A stretch of 48,569 nt of DNA from Trichomonas gallinae. Taxonomy: Eukaryota. The stretch is from positions 1-48,569 of the forward strand of contig MRSU01006998.1 in assembly GCA_008369845.1 (NCBI GenBank). The letters run 5' to 3'. The notes beneath the pieces are model-generated. The model saw only the letters and a program-made list of their open reading frames with translations. It had not been told where the DNA came from and made no database searches. Both the position numbers and the translations under genes were made by a program. Below, in pieces: positions 29,979 to 40,070 of this stretch (the stretch's first letter is position 1; the number at the start of each line of letters is the position of its first letter).

Positions 29979-30257
29979 TTTACAAGTCAAAAAGATTAAA
30001 ATTCAGATAATGAATCTTTTTTTACATGTCAAAAGAACTAAATTCAATCGATAAATCATTTTTTACATGACAAAAATATTGAAATTCAGACAATAAATCT
30101 TTTTTTACATGTCAAAAACATTAATAATGTTTACACGTCAAAAGTATTATAAATTAAATGTTTACGTGTCAAAAACATTAATTTATATTATTTACATGCC
30201 AAATACTGTATGATTGAAATATTTACATGTCAAAATGTTGATTATATTTACATGTCA
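29979..30257 (+). promoter_or_regulatory. Array of nine TTTAC(A/G)NG(T/A/C)CA motifs directly upstream of the ATG at 30265
   Basis: Copies start at 29979, 30021, 30062, 30104, 30130, 30161, 30191, 30222 and 30247. The repeat structure is seen directly; the regulatory role is inferred. Confidence 0.6.
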
Positions 30258-30264
30258 AATATTT

Positions 30265-32550
30265 ATGATGCTGAAAGAGTGTTGGAACAAAAATCTTCCT
30301 CCTAGTGATTTTGCAACACTCCTGTTCAAACCTAGCACAAACACTCAGCAAGTACTCAACGATTTGGTCGAGTTTTGCGGTACAGAATACGAACCTTCTT
30401 CAATATTTTTAGATTATCTCTGTGAAGCTGTAAATAAAGCTCCACAACAGACGATGTCAACAATAAAAAATAGTCCAGAATTAGAAAAGAGAGTAATGTT
30501 GCGCGCAATCTCACATAAAATGGGAATGTTTTTCAAAAATTTCCAGTTAGATGATGACTGGTCAGTGAACTTTACATTAAATTTCTTCAAATCATTAGTC
30601 GATGACAAAAATATCGAATTTGTTCAACAATTATCATGTGATCCACATTTTTCAGCATTATTAGCGAGAGCAAATGTTTCTTTTCCACAAGAAATGGATG
30701 AAATACGTGAACTGTTCCCAGTTGACCAGTTTTGCGAGTCAATTGGTTACTCTGTCCCTTATCCAACATCAATCCTGAAAAAAGCCCTTTATATGGAAAA
30801 TATGACGCAGCCCGTACTTCAGGGTTACAGCGAGATCCTCAAAATAGCCATGCCAAATATATCAGCGGTCATGGGTTATCCTTCTTTTTATCATTTGATT
30901 GATCTTGATCTCTACGCCCATCTTTACTTATATTTCATTGATGACTACATGAAAAACCCAACACTTACAACCGCTTATTATATAACGCGTTATTTCCCGA
31001 GAATGAGAGTTTATTTCGAAACTGGCGAATTGCCGCCTCCAGACGACGGAGAACTGCACGCAAGCGAGATATTCAAGACTTTAGATTTATGCAAGAATAT
31101 AATTACGCGCTCAGACTATTTACAGAACCACGCAAAAAGATCTGATTCTGATTTGTTGTTCAGCGTTGATGATATCGAGAATATTAAGCTGTTTTTGACA
31201 ACTATACCAGACACAATTGATCCTGATAAAATTATCGAACTAACACTACAATATCCAGCAATGTCAATTTCATTATATTCAACAATCACGAAATCCATAA
31301 CAATGGACACATTCTCAGTATTCGCTATGTATGCGCAGCAGATTATTAACATTCACAGCGACTTTGCTACTTTTCTTTTCCAGCAGAACCTGTTTTTCGA
31401 TTTCTTGAACTTAATTATTCCTGTTGTTACATCAATTACCGATAGATTCGCATTCTACCATATATACATGCTCTTCTTGACACTTATACGCGATTCTTAT
31501 GGCTTAGGATGGCTTAAATTAAATAATGAAATTGTTGATTTCATAAATCGCGTCGAAAACCCTGCTTTGAAGTATTTCTTGACTCTTCTGGTCCACCTCA
31601 ACCCTCAAGAATACGAATGTCCTAAGACAGCGAAGACTCCTTTCCTTGAATCAGTTATTACAATTCAAAAACTGATTTACGACGAAATTTCCATAGAATC
31701 TGTCAACCAGAAGCTAGAAAGTCGCCCATATTTGGCTCCTTCCCTCTTAACTTTCTGTTTAGCCAATCCAATCGAAGAGATTAAGAAAGTTTTCACTGTT
31801 AAACCGACTGATGTCTATCTAAACAATCTCTTCACTTACCATTTGATGATCTACTGCAACAAACAGTCCCAGCCGTGGATTGCAGGCTCAATTCTCCCTG
31901 ATTACGTTTTCATGAAGCACGAATCTCCTCAAAAACTCGACAGCATCAACCCAATCCTCGCTCGCACGTTCGACGACATCATATTCACGATCCCGCTGAC
32001 CCAGAGACTGATCTGGCACGTCGTCTGCGCGTGGAGGGCCTGGGCGAATGTTTTCGGGCTCCCAGTCTTCGTTAAACACTTATTCGGTCAGCTTCTGTGG
32101 AAGGCGAAGCTCTTAAACAACGAGCAATACGCTGAGTCCCTCTTCAGGCACGTCGCCGTTATCATGTCTTTCGCTTACATCGAGGAGGAAACATTTGTAC
32201 ACGACATTAATTCCATCGTCGACTACTTCATCAATGAAGGACTGATTGATAAAATCGACGCGCAAAACATCGCCGCGTTCGTTTTTATTCTGATAACAGC
32301 TAACATGAAGGACGACTCGCTCAAGGCTTTCAACAACCTAATACAGACATGCGTGTCCATTGTCGACATGAATAATGATCCGTGGAGATTGAAATTCGCT
32401 TTAAGTTTGTTATCCATGTCAATTCACAACAAGAAGCTTGTGACTAAGCTCGGCATGAATGTTGAGCTATGCCTGCAAAAGGCTGATGAGATGGATTTGC
32501 TGTGTGATTTCTACATAATGAAGCACAAAGCTGGAAAAGACAAATTGTGA
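30265..32550 (+). CDS. Helical protein, possible Mediator tail subunit Med5/Med24/Med33-like, 761 aa
   Basis: Long ORF. The N-terminus LKECW...F...LNDLVE...PSSIFLDYL.EAV resembles the Med24/Med5 N-terminal pattern; the product call is weak. Confidence 0.6.
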   Translation: MMLKECWNKNLPPSDFATLLFKPSTNTQQVLNDLVEFCGTEYEPSSIFLDYLCEAVNKAPQQTMSTIKNSPELEKRVMLRAISHKMGMFFKNFQLDDDWSVNFTLNFFKSLVDDKNIEFVQQLSCDPHFSALLARANVSFPQEMDEIRELFPVDQFCESIGYSVPYPTSILKKALYMENMTQPVLQGYSEILKIAMPNISAVMGYPSFYHLIDLDLYAHLYLYFIDDYMKNPTLTTAYYITRYFPRMRVYFETGELPPPDDGELHASEIFKTLDLCKNIITRSDYLQNHAKRSDSDLLFSVDDIENIKLFLTTIPDTIDPDKIIELTLQYPAMSISLYSTITKSITMDTFSVFAMYAQQIINIHSDFATFLFQQNLFFDFLNLIIPVVTSITDRFAFYHIYMLFLTLIRDSYGLGWLKLNNEIVDFINRVENPALKYFLTLLVHLNPQEYECPKTAKTPFLESVITIQKLIYDEISIESVNQKLESRPYLAPSLLTFCLANPIEEIKKVFTVKPTDVYLNNLFTYHLMIYCNKQSQPWIAGSILPDYVFMKHESPQKLDSINPILARTFDDIIFTIPLTQRLIWHVVCAWRAWANVFGLPVFVKHLFGQLLWKAKLLNNEQYAESLFRHVAVIMSFAYIEEETFVHDINSIVDYFINEGLIDKIDAQNIAAFVFILITANMKDDSLKAFNNLIQTCVSIVDMNNDPWRLKFALSLLSMSIHNKKLVTKLGMNVELCLQKADEMDLLCDFYIMKHKAGKDKL

Positions 32551-32776
32551 TTTTTATTTCTATTATATTGTTATTGTTATTTTAAATATTAAAATTTTTA
32601 TCTTTCTTTAGTATAACAACATATATTTAAATCACAATTTTAAGATTATCAATCCAAGCATGAAATAAAATGAAAATTAAACAATGTTCATTCAAGAAAG
32701 CATTAAAAACATAAAATCTAAATTGTAATGCAAAATGAATGATATTTTATTGAAATTAGTGTTTTATTCAGCCAAA

Positions 32777-32821
32777 AGATCCCCAATTGATAATAATTTT
32801 GCATATATCAATTGGGTATCT
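32777..32821. other. Intergenic inverted repeat (16-bp arms, 1 mismatch, 13-nt spacer)
   Basis: agatccccaattgata ... tatcaattgggtatct. Confidence 0.6.
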
Positions 32822-33080
32822 AAGTCGCGAGCACAAGATTCCCTATTTGAGAATTTCATATTTGAAATTGTTGCTTTTAATCTTTCAGTATTTCAAATAT
32901 AATAAAGCAAGAAAAGTTAAGAAGATCTATTAATAGATATTTCTAATAGCTAATTTGGTTGTATTAAATTTAATGTTAAAAACGTTTTAAGTGTGATATT
33001 TTGATATTATGTCTTATAATAGTGTTATTAATGATGAAATTTTAGACAAAAAAATATTAACCTTATAATTTGTGTTCCAA

Positions 33081-33088
33081 AAAGTGAC
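33081..33088 (+). promoter_or_regulatory. M2-like trichomonad motif AAAGTGAC
   Basis: Exact AAAGTGAC ending 2 nt before the ATG at 33091. Confidence 0.5.
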
Positions 33089-33090
33089 AA

Positions 33091-33402
33091 ATGGAAAGTT
33101 ACGTAAAAAAATATGAAGACGAATTAACAGAGAACCTTACAACCTGTTTGGAATCCAATGAAGAGGCCGAGAAAAATATTATGGCATGCAAAGATTTTTC
33201 ATTCGTTGAACCACAAAATTCAGATCAAATTCGAACAAAATTTTTCGAATTAGTACGCAAAGAATGCGCAGGAGAGATGAAGCAACTGTTCGAAACACTA
33301 GAAAAAGGATCAGATATGAAAGCTGCACATACGGTTGAATATTATATTGCTGGATACAACCTTTACGATCAGGAAGAACAATCTGTTATTATGCAATGTT
33401 AG
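33091..33402 (+). CDS. Small acidic hypothetical protein, 103 aa
   Basis: ATG-initiated ORF with the M2-like motif immediately upstream and coding-like composition. Confidence 0.7.
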   Translation: MESYVKKYEDELTENLTTCLESNEEAEKNIMACKDFSFVEPQNSDQIRTKFFELVRKECAGEMKQLFETLEKGSDMKAAHTVEYYIAGYNLYDQEEQSVIMQC

Positions 33403-33768
33403 AAAATTTTTGTTATAGAGATAAAAATTACTGTTATAGAGTTTTTTTAAATAAAAATTTTACTAATCAAACAAAACCACACCAAATCTCACTAAACAAG
33501 CATATTTCCATGATGAAAGCATTTGATAAATTATATCAAACACAATAATTATATAATTATTTTTTATTTTTTAACTAATTTTACTAAATTGAAGCATAAT
33601 AAGTAACACTGCCTCTATTTTTTGATTGCTACAAACCATATGTGTTTGTACTATGTTTGTCGTGAATCATTGAGAAATTTCAACAATAATGAAACACAAA
33701 CATAATAAAGCTATAATATCGGCTAGTGTTGTTAAATATTTGGTAAATTTTCATAAAAATCTTTACTT

Positions 33769-36700
33769 TTATAAAATTCTTGGATTCTGAATAATAACAG
33801 GTGTTTCAATATGTTCGTTGCATAACGGGCATGTCTTAACTTCGCACATATACTTGTGTGATGCTGGGAATCTGCATTTCGGACACTCGCACCAATCTCC
33901 GCCGGACATGTGCATTCCTGTGAGCGAGTCGAATGGAATATTTGTCTTGCAAGCCGGGCAGTAGAGCTCCGATATAGCTAGAGCTGTGCCGCAGACAGGG
34001 CATGGCGTCTTCGGCTCTTCTTCTTCTGTAGTATTCTTCCTTCTAACTGTTGCTACAATCTTCTTCATCAAATCTGGATCTAGTCTGCCCTCGTATTCAG
34101 GGGCGATGAGCTTAGTGGCGGCCTCATAAGCTGACTTCTTGAAGCCGATGCGCGAGCACTCAGCGACAGTCTTCGCGAGAATCTGCGGCGCGTGCATCGG
34201 GAATTTACTGGCGTATTTGGAAACTCTCCTCAACAAAAGCGCGTGTATGATTTTGTCGTGGTCCTTCATGTCTTTAATGAGGAGGTAAGAGTGTATGATC
34301 ATGAGAGACTGCTTCATCTCAGCGGAAACAGGAATTCCGTGATTCATGAGCTGAAGGATGATGTCGAAGATAATTCCGCGCGCTTGTCTGTATTCTCCTC
34401 TGTTCCTGATTTCGTCTGAGATTCTCTGAGCAGTGACAGCTGCTTCGCCGAACTGCTTCATGATGATGAACATTCTGAGCAAATACCTCAAATCGTCGGC
34501 CTTCATGTTCGCGCTCAAATACTCCAACAAGCCATCGCGCAAGTTCTTGTCTGGGACGCGCTCCGCGAGATCCAGCGCGCCGTCCAAAGCTGCTGGTGAG
34601 CCGTCTGCCATGTAGCAGTTCATTGCGCGCTGTGGATCCTTCGCGAGTGCGAAGAACTTCGCTGCGTTCAACTGGTCGTTCTTCGATGCGAAGAAGTTGC
34701 CGAGTGCTTCGTACTGTTGGACAGTTCCCTGCTCGCCGATCAAGTCTGCGAGCTCGTCCATCCTGTTGTGGAGCTCCGCAATCCTGAATGCGTCGTCGCT
34801 CTGTCCGGAAATGATCAAGAACTCGATCGCATACCTGAAGTTTCCTAAGTTGATGCAGTGCTCGGCGACGAGTCTGCATGCTTGTACTGTTGGATGCGCA
34901 CGAGCAACAGCTGTAGCTCTGTCGAGATTGAGCTTGAGCAAGACTCTGATGAGGCTCTCCCACTCATTGCCCTTCTCGAATGCGCTGGCGGCTCCTTCGA
35001 GCTGGCCTGCTCGCTCGAGTTGTTTGCCGATCGACCTCAAAACTTTGACATCATCGACTTTGTTGCAAAGCTCTGCTGCTGCGTTTAACTCGTTAGCACG
35101 CAAGTAGCATTGGGCTGCTGAGTTGTACAACTGAACTTGAACGTATAACTGAGCTGCCTGCAAGAACGCTGAGAGTTTCTCTAAGATCTTCGCGCATTCT
35201 GTGACTAATGATGTGTCCTTAGTCTTTTCGAGCTGTTTCATACCTTGTTCGACTTTTCCTGTGTAAATCAAGCACCTGATGATACCTGCGCGGCTCTGGT
35301 GCTTGAGGCCTTTAGTCGTCAAGCTATTCTTGTATTGCTGGAACGCTGCGGCGTAGTTTCCTGTCAGTTCGTTCTGTCTCGCGCTTTCGAAGCTAAGCTG
35401 CGGAATTCTCGATGGATCGAATTTCTCGGCGAGTTGAAGCGCTGAATCAAACTGCAGCAAAGCGCTGCGCATGTCGAGAGTCATCTGTGGGCGGGAAGAC
35501 TCCATGAAATACTTCTGCGCAGTGTTAAAATCTCTCCTCATCATTGCAACGTAGCCTCTCAAATACGAAAGCTCTTCTTCCCTAAGAACGGGTTCTAGTT
35601 GATTTGCCATGTTTGCTTCTCCGCAAGCAATGAAAGCTTCCTGTGCGATTTCGATGTTTAAAGAGTCAAGAGCTGCCTCAGCGACTTCTTTGATTATTGT
35701 CTTGTCACCGAGTTTGATTGCAAGCTGCAAAGCTTGGCGATGCCTGTTAATAGAAATCAACTGTCTTACTGATTCTACTTTTTCTTCTGTTATTGCTTGA
35801 TGGGAAGAAAGTGGAGCGGATTTTTCTTGGCTCGTTGAGTCTATGAAGATTATGCTGCCGTTTGAGACGCCAATAGCGACTTTGAGTGTTGGAATCTCCA
35901 TCTCGCATAATTTGCGGATAGACGGGCCGTTGTAGTTCTGATCTGTTATGTGGAAGATTGATGCGCGCTTTGGAGCAATGACAGCGAAAACGTTTCTGTC
36001 TGTTATATCGAATAAAGCAGCGTTTGCATCGAATCCGCTCGTCTCTTCAAGAACAGGAACAGCTGTCCTCTTTATCGGATTGAAGAAGTAAACGCCGTGA
36101 GCAGAGTCGACGAGAACGAAGCGAGTTTCAGATAGGTTAGGCTGAATTGAAACAATTGCGTTCGGATGCTTGTAGCCGTCCAAATACGCCTGGTTTCTTG
36201 TGTTGAATATGCGGAGTGTGCCGTCATCTGTTGCCAGCAACAATAAGAAGCCTGTCAATGAAAATGCTGTCACCTTTGAAGCGGTGTCAAAATCTGGGAA
36301 TGAAAATGGTTTCTTTGTGCTGTCGAAATAATTCAGCATAACCTTTCCTGAAAGCATCACAGCGTAAGCAGTGTCTGACACCTGTATGTCATCGATTGTG
36401 CCTGAAAGCTCAGCTTTATGCGTCTGCTCGAGTGTTTTTGTGTCGTAGAACCAAACATTGTTATTAAAAGCGACGGCAACAGTTTTGAGGCAGACTCCAA
36501 TCTTCTGGGGCTGTGATTCGACTGTGAATGGCCTGTAGCTCTTCTTGTGCATGTCGTAGACAGTCAGTGATGTAAGAGACTGGCTATAGACAGCAAGAGG
36601 GCCACTGGAGGCCGCGAGAATTGGAACTTCGACTAAATATACTAAAACTGTTGAATCTGTGAGTCCGATGCACGAAAGAGAGCCGTCCGGTGAGATAGAA

Positions 36701-37635
36701 ATAGAGTAGACATTGCCACTAGCGTTGTCTGGGAATCTGATCTGGTCATCTGTGATGTCTTTCGGATCATCGATGTTAATAACTTTTACTGAGCTTCCAT
36801 TGCCGACAATTGCTGTTGTGCGGATGATATCTGCTGCTGTTGCTGATGATGAAAATGCGTGACGTGATAAAACGACCTGATATTCGAAATTAACGAGAAC
36901 GAATTTACCGTAATTGAATTGTATGTAAACTAAGCCGTTTGTGAGGATTCCACTGCGAACGATTGACCCTAAACTTGACTCTAAAGCGACTTTTGTGGGC
37001 TCTTTTCCTTTAAGATAGTCCCAGAAGTACAAAGCTGGATTATTTTTAGCTGTAAAAGCGACAGTGGGCGTTGAATCAACAGTAACAAACTGCGGGAAGA
37101 TTGCTATATCACCTAGATCGTATCTAGCGAGCACCTTTCCCTTCATATCGGAGACAGAGATCGAATTATCTTCCGAGCAAAGGCAAATGTGTCCCTTTGA
37201 GTTCCAAATGCCTCCTACGATGGCAGAGTCGTGTGTGCCTTGATAACTTTGTGATTGCTTGCTATTTAAATCGCAAATCCAAAACATGCCTTTTTCAGAG
37301 CCAACGACTAGGAATGAGCCTCTCCTGGAGCACTGACCCCATGTAGGGACAAATGGTGCTTCAATTGGCGCTGTATCTCTTTTTGGCATGTAATGGAGAG
37401 TAATTTCATTAGAATTCGCGCTTGTTATTACGAGAATCTTTGACTGTGCATCCCAGTCCATAATTTTTGGATTTGCAACTGGAATTGTTGAGAGTTTTGC
37501 TCCATTTTTATCGTAAACTAAAACTAAGTTATTATTTCCATAAACTGCAACGTATTTCGAGTCTCGGCTCCATTTTATGACTGGTTTTGCGTCATAGCCG
37601 ATCTCAGCGGCGCCCAAACGAAAGATTAATTGCAT
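33769..37635 (-). CDS. WDR19: Intraflagellar transport complex A subunit WDR19/IFT144, 1288 aa
   Basis: N-terminal WD40s, TPR-like solenoid, AQKYFMESSRPQMTLDMRSALLQFDSALQLA, IIHSYLL, SKFPMH..ILAKTVAECSRIGFKKSAY, and C-terminal CPVC/CPAC/CPKC/CPLC zinc-binding motifs. Confidence 0.93.
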   Translation of the reverse strand: MQLIFRLGAAEIGYDAKPVIKWSRDSKYVAVYGNNNLVLVYDKNGAKLSTIPVANPKIMDWDAQSKILVITSANSNEITLHYMPKRDTAPIEAPFVPTWGQCSRRGSFLVVGSEKGMFWICDLNSKQSQSYQGTHDSAIVGGIWNSKGHICLCSEDNSISVSDMKGKVLARYDLGDIAIFPQFVTVDSTPTVAFTAKNNPALYFWDYLKGKEPTKVALESSLGSIVRSGILTNGLVYIQFNYGKFVLVNFEYQVVLSRHAFSSSATAADIIRTTAIVGNGSSVKVINIDDPKDITDDQIRFPDNASGNVYSISISPDGSLSCIGLTDSTVLVYLVEVPILAASSGPLAVYSQSLTSLTVYDMHKKSYRPFTVESQPQKIGVCLKTVAVAFNNNVWFYDTKTLEQTHKAELSGTIDDIQVSDTAYAVMLSGKVMLNYFDSTKKPFSFPDFDTASKVTAFSLTGFLLLLATDDGTLRIFNTRNQAYLDGYKHPNAIVSIQPNLSETRFVLVDSAHGVYFFNPIKRTAVPVLEETSGFDANAALFDITDRNVFAVIAPKRASIFHITDQNYNGPSIRKLCEMEIPTLKVAIGVSNGSIIFIDSTSQEKSAPLSSHQAITEEKVESVRQLISINRHRQALQLAIKLGDKTIIKEVAEAALDSLNIEIAQEAFIACGEANMANQLEPVLREEELSYLRGYVAMMRRDFNTAQKYFMESSRPQMTLDMRSALLQFDSALQLAEKFDPSRIPQLSFESARQNELTGNYAAAFQQYKNSLTTKGLKHQSRAGIIRCLIYTGKVEQGMKQLEKTKDTSLVTECAKILEKLSAFLQAAQLYVQVQLYNSAAQCYLRANELNAAAELCNKVDDVKVLRSIGKQLERAGQLEGAASAFEKGNEWESLIRVLLKLNLDRATAVARAHPTVQACRLVAEHCINLGNFRYAIEFLIISGQSDDAFRIAELHNRMDELADLIGEQGTVQQYEALGNFFASKNDQLNAAKFFALAKDPQRAMNCYMADGSPAALDGALDLAERVPDKNLRDGLLEYLSANMKADDLRYLLRMFIIMKQFGEAAVTAQRISDEIRNRGEYRQARGIIFDIILQLMNHGIPVSAEMKQSLMIIHSYLLIKDMKDHDKIIHALLLRRVSKYASKFPMHAPQILAKTVAECSRIGFKKSAYEAATKLIAPEYEGRLDPDLMKKIVATVRRKNTTEEEEPKTPCPVCGTALAISELYCPACKTNIPFDSLTGMHMSGGDWCECPKCRFPASHKYMCEVKTCPLCNEHIETPVIIQNPRIL

Positions 37636-37659
37636 TAAAGATTTGAATATGAAGCCGTT
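37636..37659 (-). promoter_or_regulatory. Core promoter of WDR19: M3-like AACGGCTT next to Inr-like TCATA
   Basis: The minus strand reads aacggcttcatattcaaatctttaATG. Confidence 0.45.
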
Positions 37660-37819
37660 TTTTTTATACTTTTTTCGTACAATGATTTTTGGGCCTTTTT
37701 ACTATGATATTCCCTATATTTGGCCTATATTAAGTCTAAATAGTTAATCAATATAGCAAAAAACAAACAAAATTCGATGATGAAAAAATAAAATTGATTT
37801 TTTTAAATTAAATTTAGTT

Positions 37820-38160
37820 TTTCTATGTGATTTATAACATATAAAACATAAATATTTAGCTAAAATGAAAATTGGTTACTTAGATCATGTAAATTTAACT
37901 GTTTTAAAATTAATTTTATCTTATATCTATTCTTTATAGCATATAAAAGTTAAATATTTGATTAAAATCGATAATGGATTATTTGATCAAATAAATTTAG
38001 CTACTTTCAAATTAAATTTAGTTTATATCTATTCTGTATAATATACAAAAATTAAATATTTGATTAAAATGAAAATTGAAAAAAATATTTAGATTTTATA
38101 TATTAAATATATACTACAATACATATAAAAGCTAAATTTTATTCAATATTTGATTAAAAT
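37820..38160. repeat. Diverged AT-rich tandem repeat, period about 102 bp
   Basis: ttatatctattct at 37921 and 38023; aatatttgattaaaat recurs three times, the last copy containing the ATG at 38159. Confidence 0.65.
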
Positions 38161-39478
38161 GATACAATGGAAATTGGATGATGATCAAGTAAATTTAGAA
38201 GACATCACTGTGGGTCCAGAGGATCATACTTCTATCCGTCTTGACTATGACAAGTTATTTTCTGAAATTATGGGTAATTTTCTTAAAGAAAATTATACAA
38301 GTTTGTTAATTAGCCTTCAGAAGATGGTACAAGTCTCGAGATTTCAGTTGCCTGATCATATAGATATCAAAAAATACTGCATACCATCTATTTTGCTTCA
38401 ATGCACAAATTTTGGAGAAAATCAATTAGAATCTGTATCATTAACCATTATATCTAATCTTATTTATTCAAATCTTAACATAGTAGAAAGTTGTTTTGAA
38501 CTAGACTCGATTTTAGATTTATGTTTATTTATTATCAAATCAAAACCTGATCACGCGAATATTGCATTCAAGATATTACTAGAAACACTTCCAATAAATC
38601 CACCCAAAGTAATCGAAATGTTTAATAACATTGAAATAATTGAATTTATCAACGCAGCTCATTCTTTTTACGAATCTGTTGGCTCACAAAACGTAAAAAA
38701 CTATGAAATCAGTTTGTTGATAACAATTATCAAATATATCGAAGTTCCAAATTATTTGAATTTATTTGGATCAATTATTCAAGATGCGTTTGAAAATCTC
38801 AACACAAAACATTCGCATTTTATGAAATACTTAGATTTATTACAGATTCTCTCAGAATTTGATTTCTTCAATGAATTCGATTCGAATTTTCATTTTTCTG
38901 ACTTTTTGGAAAGAAACATTTATAATATTCCAGAGGAATACAGAAGTAAAGTTCTATGCATTCTCGTTATTGCAAATAAATGCGAAAAGCACTTAAATTT
39001 GATTGTTGGGTTAATTAATAGTGAAAACATTAACGAGCGGACAGCAGGGCTCTTCATGATAGGAAAATACATGTTTTTGACTCACAATGCAGACAAAATA
39101 CAGCCGATGTTGAATGAAGAATTTCTTTTTTCAAAGATTGATTCTCTTTCTAAGGAAAAGAACGAAGTTTTGTATGTACTTGTTGCTTATTCGATTTTCT
39201 GCTTGCCCGGAGTCAAGACAAACCTATATAACATGGGTTTAATCAACGAATTAATTCCAATTCTTGAAACATGCGATTTTGCTGATGAAGTTTGTCACGC
39301 GATCATTTGTTTGATCAACCAGCAGAAAATTGACCACGGCATTGAATTTGCACGAGAAATTTGCGATTCTTATGATTTATTTGAAGTATTTTCTGAAATT
39401 GTTGAGAATATAACAGGTGACGATTTTAACAAGATGATTGACACATTTATGACAGATATATATCCACCAAAGACATGA
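38159..39478 (+). CDS. Hypothetical acidic alpha-helical (ARM-like) protein, 439 aa
   Basis: Long ORF; Leu/Ile-rich helical pattern such as LESVSLTIISNLIY. Confidence 0.75.
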   Translation: MIQWKLDDDQVNLEDITVGPEDHTSIRLDYDKLFSEIMGNFLKENYTSLLISLQKMVQVSRFQLPDHIDIKKYCIPSILLQCTNFGENQLESVSLTIISNLIYSNLNIVESCFELDSILDLCLFIIKSKPDHANIAFKILLETLPINPPKVIEMFNNIEIIEFINAAHSFYESVGSQNVKNYEISLLITIIKYIEVPNYLNLFGSIIQDAFENLNTKHSHFMKYLDLLQILSEFDFFNEFDSNFHFSDFLERNIYNIPEEYRSKVLCILVIANKCEKHLNLIVGLINSENINERTAGLFMIGKYMFLTHNADKIQPMLNEEFLFSKIDSLSKEKNEVLYVLVAYSIFCLPGVKTNLYNMGLINELIPILETCDFADEVCHAIICLINQQKIDHGIEFAREICDSYDLFEVFSEIVENITGDDFNKMIDTFMTDIYPPKT

Positions 39479-39683
39479 TTCCAGCAAAATTTATCTATTT
39501 CAACATATTGAGTCATTAATGCCCAGTGGAATCCTTCCAAATTAAAGATCTAGATACAGTAGGACTATAATGGTCGCACACTGGAATATCTCAAAAAGTT
39601 AAACGATATTCATAGAGTTTGAGTGAGAAACTATGATTAAAATTTTAAGATCAATTATTCTACAAGAAAATCAAATAGACAAA

Positions 39684-39794
39684 ATTTAGTTTCTCTCATC
39701 CTATTAAGGTGTATAGTATACTATCATATTTACCTACTATGCTAGTTCAGTTCTACTCGAACATTAGAAGACCTCGAACATTAGTTTTGACAAA
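39684..39794 (+). repeat. Dispersed intergenic repeat, copy B (copy A at 10156-10278)
   Basis: Same ordered blocks as copy A, in the same orientation. Confidence 0.75.
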
Positions 39795-40070
39795 TATCGC
39801 GTGAAAAATAGGCAATATTTTACTTTTATTACTTTTATTTAGTTAGAGACTGATGTGTACAGAGGCTTGATTAAGCTTCTAAGGTATTGTTTGCCCTTTT
39901 TTTTCTGAATAAAGATACATGAGGCAAAAAAGACAATTAATAGTCATTGAAAGTTATTATAGTGTTCAAGATTCTAAAATATTATCAAAATATCTTAATT
40001 ATGACTCAGATAAACATTTTATACGACATATTGATTGTAGGAATGTTGCAGCTTCAATAATATTTGTAAT

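Noticed and set aside
29979..30257. CRISPR array interpretation of the repeat/spacer pattern
   Set aside because: Cores are only about 11-15 bp and degenerate, spacers resemble each other, there are no cas genes, and the context is eukaryotic.
34192..35800. Multiple overlapping and antisense ORFs inside WDR19, and similar ones inside other long genes
   Set aside because: Explained by GC-rich codon usage and low-complexity repeats on the real coding strand; no recognisable domains.
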